Below are positions 11,729 to 23,530 of a stretch of DNA of 37,871 bases, one piece after another. The notes below the pieces were generated by a model, which worked only from the letters and a program-made list of their open reading frames with translations, searched no databases and was not told where the DNA came from. This DNA is from Macrostomum lignano. Taxonomy: Eukaryota. How positions within the stretch are numbered: position 1 is the first letter of the stretch; each line of letters starts with the position of its first letter. The stretch is from NCBI GenBank assembly GCA_002269645.1, contig NIVC01002231.1, positions 1 to 37,871 on the forward strand, written 5' to 3'. The position numbers were made by a program, and so were the translations under genes.

Positions 11729-12145
11729 GGCGGGCTGTCTGAGTACCATTACGGAGTTGGAGAATGCGGTTGGAGATTTTCTGGAGTGTAGAGTGGCGAT
11801 TTGTTGTGGAGAGCTAGCTGCTTTTTATAGTATTTAAATGCCAAGGAGAAATATTTTATCACCTGCTGTTTATTGGCGTCACAATATTTGACGCAGTAAC
11901 AATTAGCGTGGTAATGAAAGATTTTTGACAAAAGTTAAACATAAACTTTGCTGTTCTTAGCTAAAAATGGTCAATGCCATCGAGTGCAAACAGTTTTCGT
12001 CATTCAACTCTATTGCGTAATTTTCAATGCTAGCTGATGCAAAATAAGCTAGTTTTTAGCGAGGCTTTGACAGAAATGAAATTTTGAAGATAATAGAGAG
12101 AGTATTTGTTTACTAGACGGAGCCCTTCGATCAGAGACGAATCCA

Positions 12146-12255
12146 GTTTGGCGCCATCGGCATTCCGTTTGGCGCCATCGGCATTCCGTTTGGCGCCATC
12201 GGCATTCAGTTTGGCGCCATCGGCATTCCGTTTGGCGCCATCGGCATTCCGTTTG
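12146..12255. repeat. 21-bp tandem repeat GTTTGGCGCCATCGGCATTCC, ~5 copies
   Basis: Directly visible. Confidence 0.9.
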
Positions 12256-13183
12256 GAGTGACTTAACGAAATTCTGCGCTTATAATCAAAAAAATTTACA
12301 CCTTCCCGATCAATTTGGGGAAGACTGAAGCATGACGGCATGAACAGATATCCAGGGGCTTCTAGCTGGGCACACGCATACCTTTGGAGATCGAGTCACA
12401 CTGACCAGGTAATTCGTGTTTGAAGAATTCCAATAAGTGCAGTCTCGAATTAAACGCAGTTCTTTGTTCGGGGAAGAAGGCTGGAAGCAGACATTGGGAT
12501 GTGGCTTGGACCCTTGGGAACAAACTAAGGTTGAAATGCCTCATCATTGAATATTGGAAATGAGACAGGCTTCTTCAGACTTCCAGATGGATGTTACGAG
12601 CTAAAATGGATTGCCGCTCTTCAACAAAACAATTTTCGAATTCCTTTTCGAAAAAATCGGACAAAATCATTCCGTGACAAACCGCTATTCCTGGGTCGTA
12701 ACTTTAAAAAGCCTGCATTTTTTCCATTAGAACTGTTTTTTTTAGTTTAAATTGGCAAATTGTAAATCAATTTCCAATGAAACACAGCAGGTGAGAAACA
12801 TAAAATCCGTTAGCTGTGGTATTTTATGCGGTAGTTGACTGGCACCGCGTGTTTATTAATGTTTCCATCATTAAAAGCTTATTAATTAAAAGCTGATAAG
12901 CCGCTTAAAATTGCTTGAAATTGCTTTAAATTAATAAACTGATTGCAGAGCATTGAAAACCGACTAAAAAGTTTAGTGAGAGCTGCTGTCAGCTGATCAT
13001 TATAACAAATTACATGTATAGGGCTAAATGTTCGACTAATCAGAAGATATTCAGCAGATTTAATGGCACGGTGCCCACATGCAGGCAGCTGATCAGCTAC
13101 CGGGCCCGGATTAGCGCTGCTGGTTTCGCATAGGAAGCGAGCAGTCTTTTCTTGTTATTACTATTAGTAGGATTCGTTAGCGA

Positions 13184-15510
13184 TCAGTCCAGGACCTTCT
13201 CCATCTGCGGGTTCTTCATGTTGCCGCGGCAGGCCGTCACCGGAATCAGCGGATGCTGCGTGGTCTTCAGGTAGTCCTGTGGTTCGAAATGGACCAGGTG
13301 TCTAGTAGAGAGCCTCATCGTGGGTTGCAGATTAGCTCAGCGGGTAATGCATACTATAACTCTCTGAATTTGAACTCCAAAGGCACAGCCCCCCCACCGC
13401 ACAAACTAACGTGATAAAGTTATCTCAAACTCGAGCAATCACTCACATGAGCATACTGCAGCGCGTTCATCTTCTCAGCGTCCGAGGCCCTGGCGCCGAC
13501 GTATACGAAAATTTCCACGCCGTGTCGATGATGTACACATCCTGGACGGCGAACGGTCAAGTATGTGATGATCTGCAACCAATACTACTCATAAAGTAGC
13601 TGAGAACTAAAGTTACGCTTACATCCTCATTGATCATAGACCTGGGGCAGTTGCCTTCAGAGACCAGCGAGTACTGCAGCTTGCCCGACTCGTCCGACAG
13701 CCTATGGTAAGATGAGACGGTGAGATGAGTGAGATAGAGAGAGAATGGTGAGAGCGCGGGACTGAAGCCCGTGTGGAGGATGGGGTGGGTGCGGGACTGA
13801 AACCTGTGCGGAGGATGGGGTGGGGCGGGACTGAAACCTGTGCGGAGGATGGGGTGGGTGCGGGACTGAAACCCGTGCGAAGGATGGGGTGGGTGCGGGA
13901 CTGAAACCTGTGCGGAGGATGGGGTGGGTGCGGGAATGAAACCCGTGCGAAGGATGGGGTGGGTGCGGGACTGAAACCCGTGCGAAGGATGGGGTGGTGC
14001 GGGACTGAAACCCGTGCGGAGGATGGGGTGGGTGCGGGACTGAAACCTGTGCGGAGGATGGGGTGGGTGCAAGACAGGCCAGCATCAGCCAACAGATGCG
14101 CACCTGAACATGGCCTTCTTGCCGCTGCGCACATCGCTTTTCACCTCCGAGGATTTCTTGGCGTAGGGCACGTCCGGCAGGCTCTGGTAGAACTTGTGCT
14201 CGGAGCCGATGCTGTTCTCATCCAGGGTGAAAGTCTGCGTCTTGCCGTGGCGCTCGTTCTCCAGCTGCTGCAGGAAAGCGGCGGCCTTGATGCGCTCGTC
14301 CTTGTTGCAGGTTTTGCCGTTCCACTGGTAGGCGGTGCGGCCGAGGTCCAGGATGAAAACGTCATTGGAGTTGAGAGCTTTCCTGGTCAGCTTGACCTCC
14401 TTGACCTCAATGTTGCGCCGGACTCCACAGAAGTGCAGCAGTCGGGGCTTGTACTCCTCAGGCTTCACCTGCCGAAAGCCGGTGGCGCAGCCGCCCTTGA
14501 GATAACTTCCGGCGCAGCGAGAGGTTGGGAAAGTGGATTTTTAATCTAGCAAAAATGGAAGAAAGACTACAGTAAACTGAGAATCTAGCCTGACATGGAT
14601 GTAGGGAATAGAATGGATTGCTAATCTGGCCTACATCAATGCAGAAACAGAATGGATTACTAATCTAGCCCACTCGCTTACGTGATGGTCTTGAAGTAGG
14701 ACTTGAACATCGAGGACTCGTGCTCCTGAACCTCGCGATGCTGCACGGCCTTGTCGTCCAGGAAGGTGTCCAGCTCCACGGTCTTGTAGGCGGCCGTGCC
14801 GTACTCGTCCTGATTGAGGATATTCAAAGATTTAAGCTTAATACAACGCTAATTACTAGTGCTACATCTAGTGCTCAAAAGCTCCCGCACCTGAGTGCTG
14901 TGCTTTCCAATCCAGAAGTGCACATCGTAGAGCAGCTCATCACCGTCGGGGTCCTTGTACACATTGAGCACGATGTAGGAGTCGCCGCTGAAGAACTTGC
15001 CGTAATCCTCCTTGGGCCAGGCCTTTACTTTGAACTTCTCGATGCGCCACACGAAGAGCTCGTCGCTGGTGCACTCCTTCACCGGCTGCCAGGCCGTCTC
15101 GACCTCGGACGCGGCCTCTGCGGGCAACAATTAGTCCAAGTCAGTTTTTGTCTGACTTGGTCAACTTCCGACCTTGTGGACTTTCGAAGTTTAAAGGAAG
15201 CAACAAGTACGTGCTTTGTCCAAGGTTGATCTACGATTAAGACTCAAGACACGCTAGTGATGACCGAAACGGATTTCTTGAATCCACTATATTGAAGTAA
15301 ACATCCCCACAGCTGAAGTTTCTATAAGAATCTACCAGTGACCAGTGACTCTTCAACTTGGCCTACTTGAACGCTTCTGGCTACAATGAGGTAGCTTAAC
15401 CTACAACAGCATGATTCATTAATGACCTCACTTTTCACATCCTTCTCGGTCTTGCTGCCGAACAGAGCAAGGTTGGAGTCTTTCCAGTCGTACTTCTGCG
15501 GCTTCTGCAT
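13184..15510 (-). CDS. Three-domain gelsolin/severin-family actin-binding protein (~367 aa); exons 15510-15432, 15117-14891, 14809-14682, 14505-14104, 13701-13623, 13541-13447, 13276-13184
   Basis: Motifs [86 protein letters not shown]. All six introns are GT-AG with consistent phases. Exon 6 is one base short (ACGGCGTG for ACGGGCGTG, ~13520). Confidence 0.93.
13756..14070. repeat. 35-bp G-rich intronic minisatellite (GCGGGACTGAAACCTGTGCGGAGGATGGGGTGGGT), ~9 copies
   Basis: Directly visible inside gelsolin intron 13702-14103. Confidence 0.93.
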
Positions 15511-15604
15511 TGCTTCGCTTGCTTGAAACACAGAAGAGTTTCTAGGCTGAAGAAGAAGAGAGCCTGGCAGTAAAAGCGGCCGGGGTCTGTCGGTGCAGCG
15601 GCTG

Positions 15605-15611
15605 TTTTATA
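15605..15611 (-). promoter_or_regulatory. Candidate TATA box of the gelsolin-like gene
   Basis: TATAAAA on the minus strand ~95 nt upstream of ATG 15510. Confidence 0.4.
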
Positions 15612-16389
15612 TGCGCGGTTTTTTGCGATGGGCAGCCCCAGCCAGCCAGCTGCAGGGTGGGAGTTGCGACTGGCTGGAAGAAACAAACGACGGCGCGCGA
15701 AAGAAAAAAGGATCGATAGAAAAGTAAAAAGGCAACCCAGCTGTGGGTGAGAGGCCGCAACGTGCAGATCGCATTATTTAGGCTGGACATGTACACGAGA
15801 GCTGGCGCATTGCACACTCGTGGCTGGAACTGCGCTGGCCCGGAGGGGGTGGGTGCCGCGGACCAGCAAACCTCTGTCTGGCCTGGGGATGGAAAGCAAG
15901 TTGAGGCTCCCAGGCCCCAAGCAATGATCGAAGCGAGCGAAGCCGAAAATTTTGCGCCCTCGGACAGGCATTCGCAGATGTTGGCCCCCGGTTTACAACT
16001 CTTGCCTTCTCTCCTACCTGGCAAAGGTGCGCGGTGCTCCATTGCCACTCGAACTTTATCGATCCACCGAGCACCGCTTTCTGCCCAAAAACCAGCGCGA
16101 CATGAAATATGACCAGTGGCCGCTGCACTTTGTGTATACCAGATTAAGATAATGATGACAAACCGCGCTGAACTTCTTCGGAACTAAATAAATTGAAGAG
16201 CCGACCTTTGATTTCAGAAACCGAGACTCGGCTTGGCACAATTTTCAACAGAAATTCCGGTCGGTTTTCGCCAACTTTATGGCGCAATAATAAAACTGCA
16301 GAATACTGCAGCGCAACTCACTTTGGTAACTTACCAATGCGCGTTGAAATAGGTTATGCACTGTGCTACGTTGCCTTACGCTATTAAAC

Positions 16390-16812
16390 ACCTGACACTA
16401 TTCAGCACAGCCTGACACAATTCAGCACAGCCTGACACAATTTAGAACAGCCTGACACAATTCAGCACCTGACACTATACAGCACAGCCTGACACAATTC
16501 AGCACAGCCTGACACTATTCAGCACATGACACTATTCAGCACAGCCTGACACAATTCAGCACAGCCTGACACAATTCAGCACAGCCTGACACTATTCAGC
16601 ACAGCCTGACACAATTCAGCACAGCGTGACACTATTCAGCACAGCCTGACACTATTCAACACATTGACATTACACGACTCGTATTTAACACCTGGCACTA
16701 TATTCAACACCTGACACTATATTTAACATCTCCTGACACTATATTGAAAATCTCCTGACACTATATTCAACACCTGACACTATCTTGAACATCTCCTGAC
16801 ACTATATTGAAA
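16390..16812. repeat. ~17-22-bp degenerate tandem repeat (CCTGACACTATTCAGCACAG)
   Basis: Directly visible; ends at the 5' LTR of the Mag-type element. Confidence 0.9.
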
Positions 16813-16813
16813 A

Positions 16814-17073
16814 TGAGGCAGCGCTGGATTCTGCCGCTGTACTTTTGACTAGTGGCTAGCTGATTAACTATTGAAATATTGACTGTACATCCAGTGTACC
16901 CACCACCCCGGCTTCGTGTCCCGTGCGCCCCGCCACCCCAGTGCGTTAATAATTATATATTGAGCATCGTTTGTGTTAGCATCGTTTATGAATAATATAT
17001 CGAAACTGAGATATCGTTTATTTTACCAAATCATCGTGCCACTCAGGTGAACTCTTAGTTAAACGACGCGACA
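16814..17073 (+). repeat. 5' LTR (TG...CA)
   Basis: Direct repeat of 22669-22928 with ~10 differences by eye. Confidence 0.9.
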
Positions 17074-17074
17074 A

Positions 17075-17115
17075 TGTCGTCGCAAGCAGGATCCGAACCT
17101 GCGCGGGGAAACCCA
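17075..17115 (+). other. Primer-binding site, extended complementarity to a tRNA-Ser 3' half
   Basis: TGTCGTCGCAAGCAGGATCCGAACCTGCGCGGGGAAACCCA resembles the reverse complement of the eukaryotic tRNA-Ser acceptor stem, T arm (GGTTCGAATCC-like) and variable arm. Confidence 0.75.
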
Positions 17116-17126
17116 TCAAAAAGCTA

Positions 17127-18581
17127 ACAGACTCGGATGAGGCTCGGGACAAAACTGACCTATTCTTATCTAAGGCCGGCCTTCAGGCAATTCGCACGCT
17201 ATCTCTAATGGCAGCACCAAAAAAACTTGATGAGATGAAATTCGATGACATCAAAAAGCTCGTTGACGAGACGATCCGGCCGAAAAAATCACTTGTAATT
17301 GCCGAACGCACCAGATTCCTCAGCCTGAAGCAGGAATCGGGTGAGACCGTCATAGCCTACTACCGGAGGCTGAGGGCTGCTACGTCACACTGCGAGTTTG
17401 AAAAGCTGGGCAGCAAGCAGACAAAGGAGGACGACATGATTACCATGCGATTAATTGACGGCCTCAACTCCTCAGAGCACAAAAAAAGAAACTTGGAGCG
17501 CCTACAAAACGAAGATGGAGAAACGCCACTCGACAGGATTTTGCAGAATTTGCAGCAGCTTGAGCAGATCCGTGACTACAACACGGGAGCACGAGAAATG
17601 CCCGCAGACGAATTGCCCGCCGAGATTTGCCCGCAGGAGATTTGCCCGTGGAGATTTGCCCGTGGAGATTTGCCCGCCGAGCTTTTCGCGCGGAGATTTG
17701 CCCGCAGTGCATTTTGCCCGTGAGCGAATTGCCCGTGGAGATTTGCCCGCCGAGAATTGCCCGCCGAGGTTTGCCCGCAATGCAATTTTCCCGCGAGTGA
17801 ATTGCCCGCGAGCGAATTGCCCGCCGAGTTTTTTCCCGCCGAGGTTTGCCCGCGATCCTTTTTTGCAGCGCATTTGGCAGCTAGATTCTGTCTATACATT
17901 GCTACCCCCAAAATATGCATTTGATATGCAGTTACTATCAAAACGTTTTGATCGTGTAAATCTCTTTATTGAGATTAACACGTACTAAGCATGGGAAGGC
18001 AATGCAGACAAAATCTGCCGCGTCGCCAAATGCGCTGCTGGAAAAAATCATTGAATCATTGCGGGCAAACCTCGGCGGGAAAAAACTCGGCGGGCAACTC
18101 GCTCGCGGGCAATTCACTCGCGGGCAAATTGCACTGCGGGCAAATCTCGGCGGGCAATTCTCGGCGGGCAAATCTCATGGACCCCTACAACACGCCGGCT
18201 CCTGCTGACATCGCCTTCGCCGGTCAACAGAGGGGAGTCTCCTCACCTGCCAAGCCGCAGCCGTCAATCAAATGCGGGTTCTGTGGTGCCAATCACCCGA
18301 GAGGCAACTGCCCAGCCTACGGCAAAAAATGCTTCAAGTGCCAAAAAAGAAATCACTTTGCGGCTGTCTGCAGATCGCGAGCTGTCCATCAGGAAATCGC
18401 ACTCGATGCAGAAGAAGCAGACGTGTATACTCTCAGTCCCAACAGAGCTAAAGTGGGCCTTTTCAAGACCATCAAAATCAACGGCCAGGGCATCTCAATG
18501 CAAGTCGACACCGGAGCTGAGGTCAGCTTGATTCCGCAGAACCTCTGGCGCCAGCTGGGCCAGCCCACCCTGCGCAAGTGA
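17127..18581 (+). pseudogene. gag: Gag + aspartic protease of the Mag-type element (5'-truncated, interrupted at 17586-18185)
   Basis: FLSLKQESGETVIAYYRRLR (MHR-like), two zinc knuckles, protease VDTGA; excising the insert restores frame (IRDYNT-PAPAD). Confidence 0.85.
17586..18185. mobile_element. Non-autonomous Mutator(MULE)-like foldback element in gag
   Basis: Long imperfect inverted repeats built of GAGATTTGCCCG(C) units with G-starting termini; TSD TACAACACG at 17577-17585 and 18186-18194 (9 bp, possibly 10). Confidence 0.75.
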
Positions 18582-20432
18582 AGGAGAATTCTCTGGCAGT
18601 TCGACGGCTCCAGCATCGCCTGCCTCGGGGAATTCAATGCGTCACTCGAGACCAACTCGAAATTCGTCACGATTGACTTGGTTGTCACCGCCGCGGAGCA
18701 GAAGCATGGAAGAAGCATGCTTGGCATGGACAACATCAAGCTCCAAGAAGACGCGGTCACCATCAACGCGGTCCAGCAGCTCGGGTGCCTCAAAGGGTTC
18801 AAAGCTAAGATTAGACTGGTGGAAGGAGCCAAAGCGTTCTATTGTGCTGCCCGATCTGTGCCGCTACACCTCAGAGACTTGGTGGTGCGCGAGCTGCAGA
18901 GAATGGAATCCGAGGGTATCATTGAGGCGGTCCCTCCCGGAGGCAGCCAGTGGGCATCGCCTATTGTCAACGTGCTCAAACCAAATGGAAAGGTTCGTGT
19001 CTGTGCCGATTTTAAAGCTGGTGTCAATCACCAGATATGCAATGACACCTACCCGATCCCGGAGATGGAGACGATTTTTTCTGAGATAGCAGGCATGTCG
19101 CACTTTGCTAAACTGGATCTCTCTGATGCTTATCTGCAAATCGAGCTCGATGAAGATAGCCGAGAGGTGACGACAATCGCGACACCTTTGGGTCTCTTCC
19201 GCTACAAAAGGCTGGTTCCCGGGCTGAAATCTGCATCGGCCATTTTCCAGAAAGCCTTGGAAACAATCCTACAGGATGTCAGCAACAAGATTGTCTACCA
19301 GGATGACGTCCTCCTGGGAGCGAAATCCAACGCCGAATTAAGGAGCAAAGTGCAGCACGTTCTCCAGACGATGCGAGCTGCTGGAATGGCAACGGAGGTC
19401 AGATTCCTCGGCTACAGCATCAGCGCGAGCGGGATCACCCCGGACCCCAATCTGGTCGGAAAAATTCGCTCCGTGAACTCGCCGAAGGACAGAAAGCAGC
19501 TCTAATCGTTTCTAGGACTTTCCAACTTCTTCGGGAGGTTTATTAAGAACTACTCTGACGTCATAGAACCGCTCAATCAACTCCGGGGCCGAAACGTTGA
19601 GTTCGTCTGGGGCCCAACCCAGGAAGCTGCCTTCACGCGAATCAAGGATCTGCTCTGCAGCGAGCCTGTAATCAAGCCGTATGACAAGCACAAAGAGACC
19701 ACGCTCACTACCGATGCTAGCGAGAAAGCCATCGGAGCGATCCTCTCGCAGGGAAACCACCCGATCATGTACTTCAGCCGGAGACTGAGCAGTGCAGAAG
19801 CACGGTATTCAAACATCGAGAGAGAGGCGCTGGCGATCGTCTGGGCTATGGAGCGTGCGAAACAGTTCCTATTAGGGTCGCGCTTCACACTCAGAACGGA
19901 TCATCGCCCGCTGGAATTCATCTTCGGGTCGAGGCGCCAGTTGCCGAAGGTTGCCAATGCGAGACTTCTCCGATGGGCAATCAAACTGATGGCCTTTGAC
20001 CATGACATAATCTACACTAAAGGCGAATCGATTCCGCAAGTAGATGCACTTTCACGGCTGGATTTCGAAGGTGACAGCAGCAACGAGCTGACAGAGCGGC
20101 CGGAAAGCATCATTCACTGGACTGGCGAGGCTGTGATTCCGTGGCAGGAGCTGAAATCAGAGACCCAAAGGGACCGGTTGCTGGTTGATATTATTAAATG
20201 CGTTGCTATCAACAGATGGTCAAACTGCTCGCCAGCTGAACGACCTTTCAAGGCCATCCGACACGCCCTCACGACCGACGGCGGAGTTCTCTGCTACGGT
20301 GATCGCCCAGTCATCCCGGCTGTCCTCCGACAAAGCGTTCTTGGAATCGTGCACGACACGCATCAGGGATCTGGCTCAACGCTCGCCTACAGAACTCAGC
20401 CTGGTGGCCTGGCTATTGCAACGACGTCGAGG
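18582..20432 (+). pseudogene. pol: Pol (RT, RNase H, start of integrase) of the Mag-type element
   Basis: WASPIVNV, VRVCADFK, KLDLSDAYLQ, YQDD; RNase H TDASEKAIGAIL, YSNIEREALA, TDHRPL; internal TAA and a small deletion before FLGY. Confidence 0.9.
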
Positions 20433-21724
20433 CCCAAGCAACAGGTACGCACGTATTACGCGCATAAAACGCGCATTTTCGTTCGCGTTTTACGCGCGTA
20501 AGCGAACACACAAAATGCGCGCCTTTTGTAACACAGAAAATACGCTGTAATAACGCAATGCTAACTGCAGACTGGTACAGGAACAGGACTAATCATACAT
20601 GTATATATAGGTTCCGCGGATTCGTATATTCATGCAAGCGTACTTAATTGTCATAAGGCTTTAATTACATCGAATAACCCAGAAGGAACGTTAGCTGAGC
20701 CAATCCAAGGCTGAAGTGGCTTTTAGTAAATAAAGTATAGGAAAAATCAATACAAATATTGGTCAGTTTATGTGCATCAAAATGCCAGCCCGTAGGGACG
20801 TTGCCGAAAACGGAGTTCTGATAAATGAACTGCAAATTTTTATTTTTAAAAAATAATTTAAGAACAAATAGATACATAAGAGTGTAATGAAAGAGCAACT
20901 TAAATTAACGAGTAGTGATGAGTAGTGAGTAGTGGTTATTAGCATAAAAGAAAAAACCGCTAAAGCACACGAAAATATACACACAATTCTGACCGAGTTA
21001 AAAAGAAAAAAGTGAAAGTGAAAAGTGAAAGTGAAAAGTAAAATGATTTGGATTAACAATTATTTTCAAACAAAAAGCAACTACATGTAACTCTAGTTAA
21101 ATAAGTGAATATAAATTTAAAAAGGAAACAACAATAAAGCAATCTTTTTTAAAAGCCTTTGAGGCCATTTAAGTTTGAAACATAAAAATCCAATATATAC
21201 ATGTAATATATTTCAAAGTAATAAAAGAAGCCAAATTAATGCATGATAAAATGTATCAAATAGCTATATTTTAATATATCGCTATCTAGCTATAATTAAC
21301 TATGATATAAGTCATATAAAGCAAAGTAATCCATAAAACAAGTGTTGCATGCTCCAGATTACATGCAGTTGGCTTAAGTCCAACTAATGTTAACACGAAA
21401 CACATACTGAGTATGCTATAACTATTGAAAAGAATGGTTCTACTGTAACGATAGGAAACAAAGAATTAAATAAAATACTAACATACTAAATAAAAGCATG
21501 CGAACGCGTTACACATGCGTTGTTCACACGCATGGTGCACGCTGTTAGCTTTACTGGATATTTGAATAATTAACCATTTTTTATTTGCTTTGAGCAAAGT
21601 ATCGCGTCTAAAACGCACTAAATATACTAGCGTATAATAACGCGCGTAATACGCGTGTTTTACGCGCTGTGTATGACATTACGCTCCAAATATGCGCGTA
21701 ATACGCGCGTACCTGTTGCTTGGG
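20433..21724. mobile_element. Non-autonomous TIR DNA transposon, CACTA/EnSpm-like, in integrase
   Basis: TIRs CCCAAGCAACAGGTACGC(A/G)CGTATTACGCGCATA at both ends; 2-bp TSD GG (20431-20432, 21725-21726); excision restores ...NDVE-A-YVRGCSTC. Confidence 0.8.
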
Positions 21725-22668
21725 GGCCTACGTTCGAGGTTGCTCGACCTGCTCAAGACTGCGCCCGAGTGGTCTGGAGAGTGTCCACAGGTGGCCCGAC
21801 GAGGAAAAGCCGTGGCACAGAGTCCACATGGATCATGCGTGCGTGCCGAGGGTCGGACTCCTGCTCATTCTAGTTGACGCTATGTCCGGCTGGCCCGAGG
21901 CCGTACGAGTGCAAAACAGGGACGCGGCGGCAGTCAAGCGGGTGTTGCAGGCGGTCTTTGCTAGGAACGGCGTGCCTCATGTGCTGGTCAGCGACAACGC
22001 CGCCGAGTTCCACGACGCCAATCTGATCGCCTGGCTGGAAAGAATTATCGGCTGCCGCGCCATCAAGACTCCCCCGCGACACCCTGAGTCTAACGGCTTG
22101 GCCGAGCGGATGGTCCAGTCTATCAAGAGAGCATCTGCGGCGTGGGACATGTCCGAAAGCTACGAGTCGTTCCTGTCCAGGGTACTGCTAAACTGCAGGT
22201 GTGTTCCGCATGCTGGGCGCCAGCAGAGCCCGTCGCAGCTCATGGGCCGACAACTACGCAACCCGATAACCATGCGCACACCAATTGGAGCGAGCCTGTG
22301 GTACACGCCTGGAGATCAGCAGCGTCAGGAGCGAGCTGAGTTCGTCGTGCAGAAAGGGACCAACACTGCCCTAATCGCTCGTCAAGGCGGTCGCATCGCC
22401 CTGGCGCATGCGGATCAGCTGAGCCGCGTTGTAGAAGACCAGGTCCAGCCAAACCGATTAGGCCAGAGCCTACCTATCGAACTCGGTCAGGATCCGCCCT
22501 GCGGCCTCGGTGAGGACCCGCCTGGCGAACTCGGTCAGGACCCGCTCGGCGAACTCAGTCGGGACCCGCCCACCGAATCCGAACAAGGCCCAAGTCAAAC
22601 AGCAGCACTTCGCTACCCAGCTCGGTCAACTCGAGGCGTGCCCCCTATCCGTTTCGAAGGGGGGGGGA
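21725..22668 (+). pseudogene. pol: Integrase core of the Mag-type element
   Basis: CSTC, RVHMDHA, VSDNAAEF, NGLAERMV (DDE core). Confidence 0.88.
22656..22668 (+). other. Polypurine tract
   Basis: GAAGGGGGGGGGA directly before the 3' LTR. Confidence 0.85.
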
Positions 22669-22928
22669 TGAGGCAGTGCTGGGTTCTGCCGCTGTACTTA
22701 TGACTAAGTGACTAGCTGATTAACTATTAAAATATTGACTGTACATCCAGTGTACCCACCACCCCGGCTTCGTGTCCCGTGCGCCCCGCCACCCCAGTGC
22801 GTTAATAATTATATATTGAGCATCGTTTTGTGTTAGCATCGTTTATGAATAATATATCGAAACTGAGATATCGTTTATTTTACCAAATCATCGTGCTACT
22901 CAGTTGAACTCTTAGTTAAACGACGCGA
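22669..22928 (+). repeat. 3' LTR
   Basis: Direct repeat of 16814-17073; terminal CA is absent or altered. Confidence 0.9.
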
Positions 22929-23225
22929 TGAAATATTTTAAAATATATGTTATTGTTCTTCTTCTGGTCTCTCACTTCTATGGCTCTTGTTCTACTTCAA
23001 ATATCAATGTGAGAGCCAAATAACTGAGGCGGCGGATTCAACTGACTTTTCCTGATGATGCAAACACTTGATGGTAACTTACAGACCGTTGTATTTGATG
23101 GTCACAATCTCGAGATGTTTTCTCACAAAATATAATGTCTAAGGTGGAATTCCAAATAAGAAGCTCGTTCGATTTAAGTCACAAGGTGTTTCTAGTTGTT
23201 CGGGTGAACCGAAGGTTCAGTCTAT

Positions 23226-23530
23226 TGTGAAACGTGGATTGGGTGTTGGTTTGGCTTTAGTAAGTCGACTTATAAGTTTTGGTGTTTGGGTTGAGACCCT
23301 AACTGTGTCAATCAAAATAGTCAAACGAGGTAAGCTAGGAGAATGGCGAAGGAGAGGCAAGGGCGTGGAGAGGCGGAGCGAGCAGAAAAAAGGGGCGAGC
23401 TTCTTGCTTGGTTAACATGAGCTTTTATAGTACTTTTCAGTCTTGATCGCATTGGATGGTACATAACTGCTTTTCATTGGTTGAGGTTGGGGTCGTGTCC
23501 TCAGCTTTTGCTATTTGGAGCGCATTCATT
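23226..23530 (-). promoter_or_regulatory. Possible 3' LTR (U3-R-U5 end) of the large env-bearing element
   Basis: Minus strand: three CCAAT boxes, then TATAAAAG (~23422-23429), a pyrimidine-rich stretch, ending ...TTTCACA at 23226. No matching second LTR found in the window. Confidence 0.35.

Larger units (their letters stand above)
16814..22928 (+). mobile_element. Decayed Ty3/Gypsy LTR retrotransposon, Mag-clade-like, with two nested DNA transposons
   Basis: Paired ~260-bp LTRs, PBS, PPT, gag-PR-RT-RH-IN order; double CCHC knuckle CGFCGANHPRGNCPAYGKKCFKCQKRNHFAAVC; premature stops at 18579-18581 and 19503-19505. Confidence 0.92.

Noticed and set aside
10640-11837. Plus-strand ORFs (ASDPDPSRHALGV)n and (LLALPPILILLDM)n
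   Set aside because: Open because the 39-bp unit lacks stops. They have no signal peptide or good ATG context; the first mirrors the minus-strand codon register and the second changes non-synonymously between units.
13557-15229. Pro/His-rich and antisense ORFs over the gelsolin gene
   Set aside because: Intronic minisatellite translations and antisense shadows of GC3-rich exons.
17455-18208. ORFs with FARGDLP / RGD-like repeats
   Set aside because: Translations of the foldback element arms.
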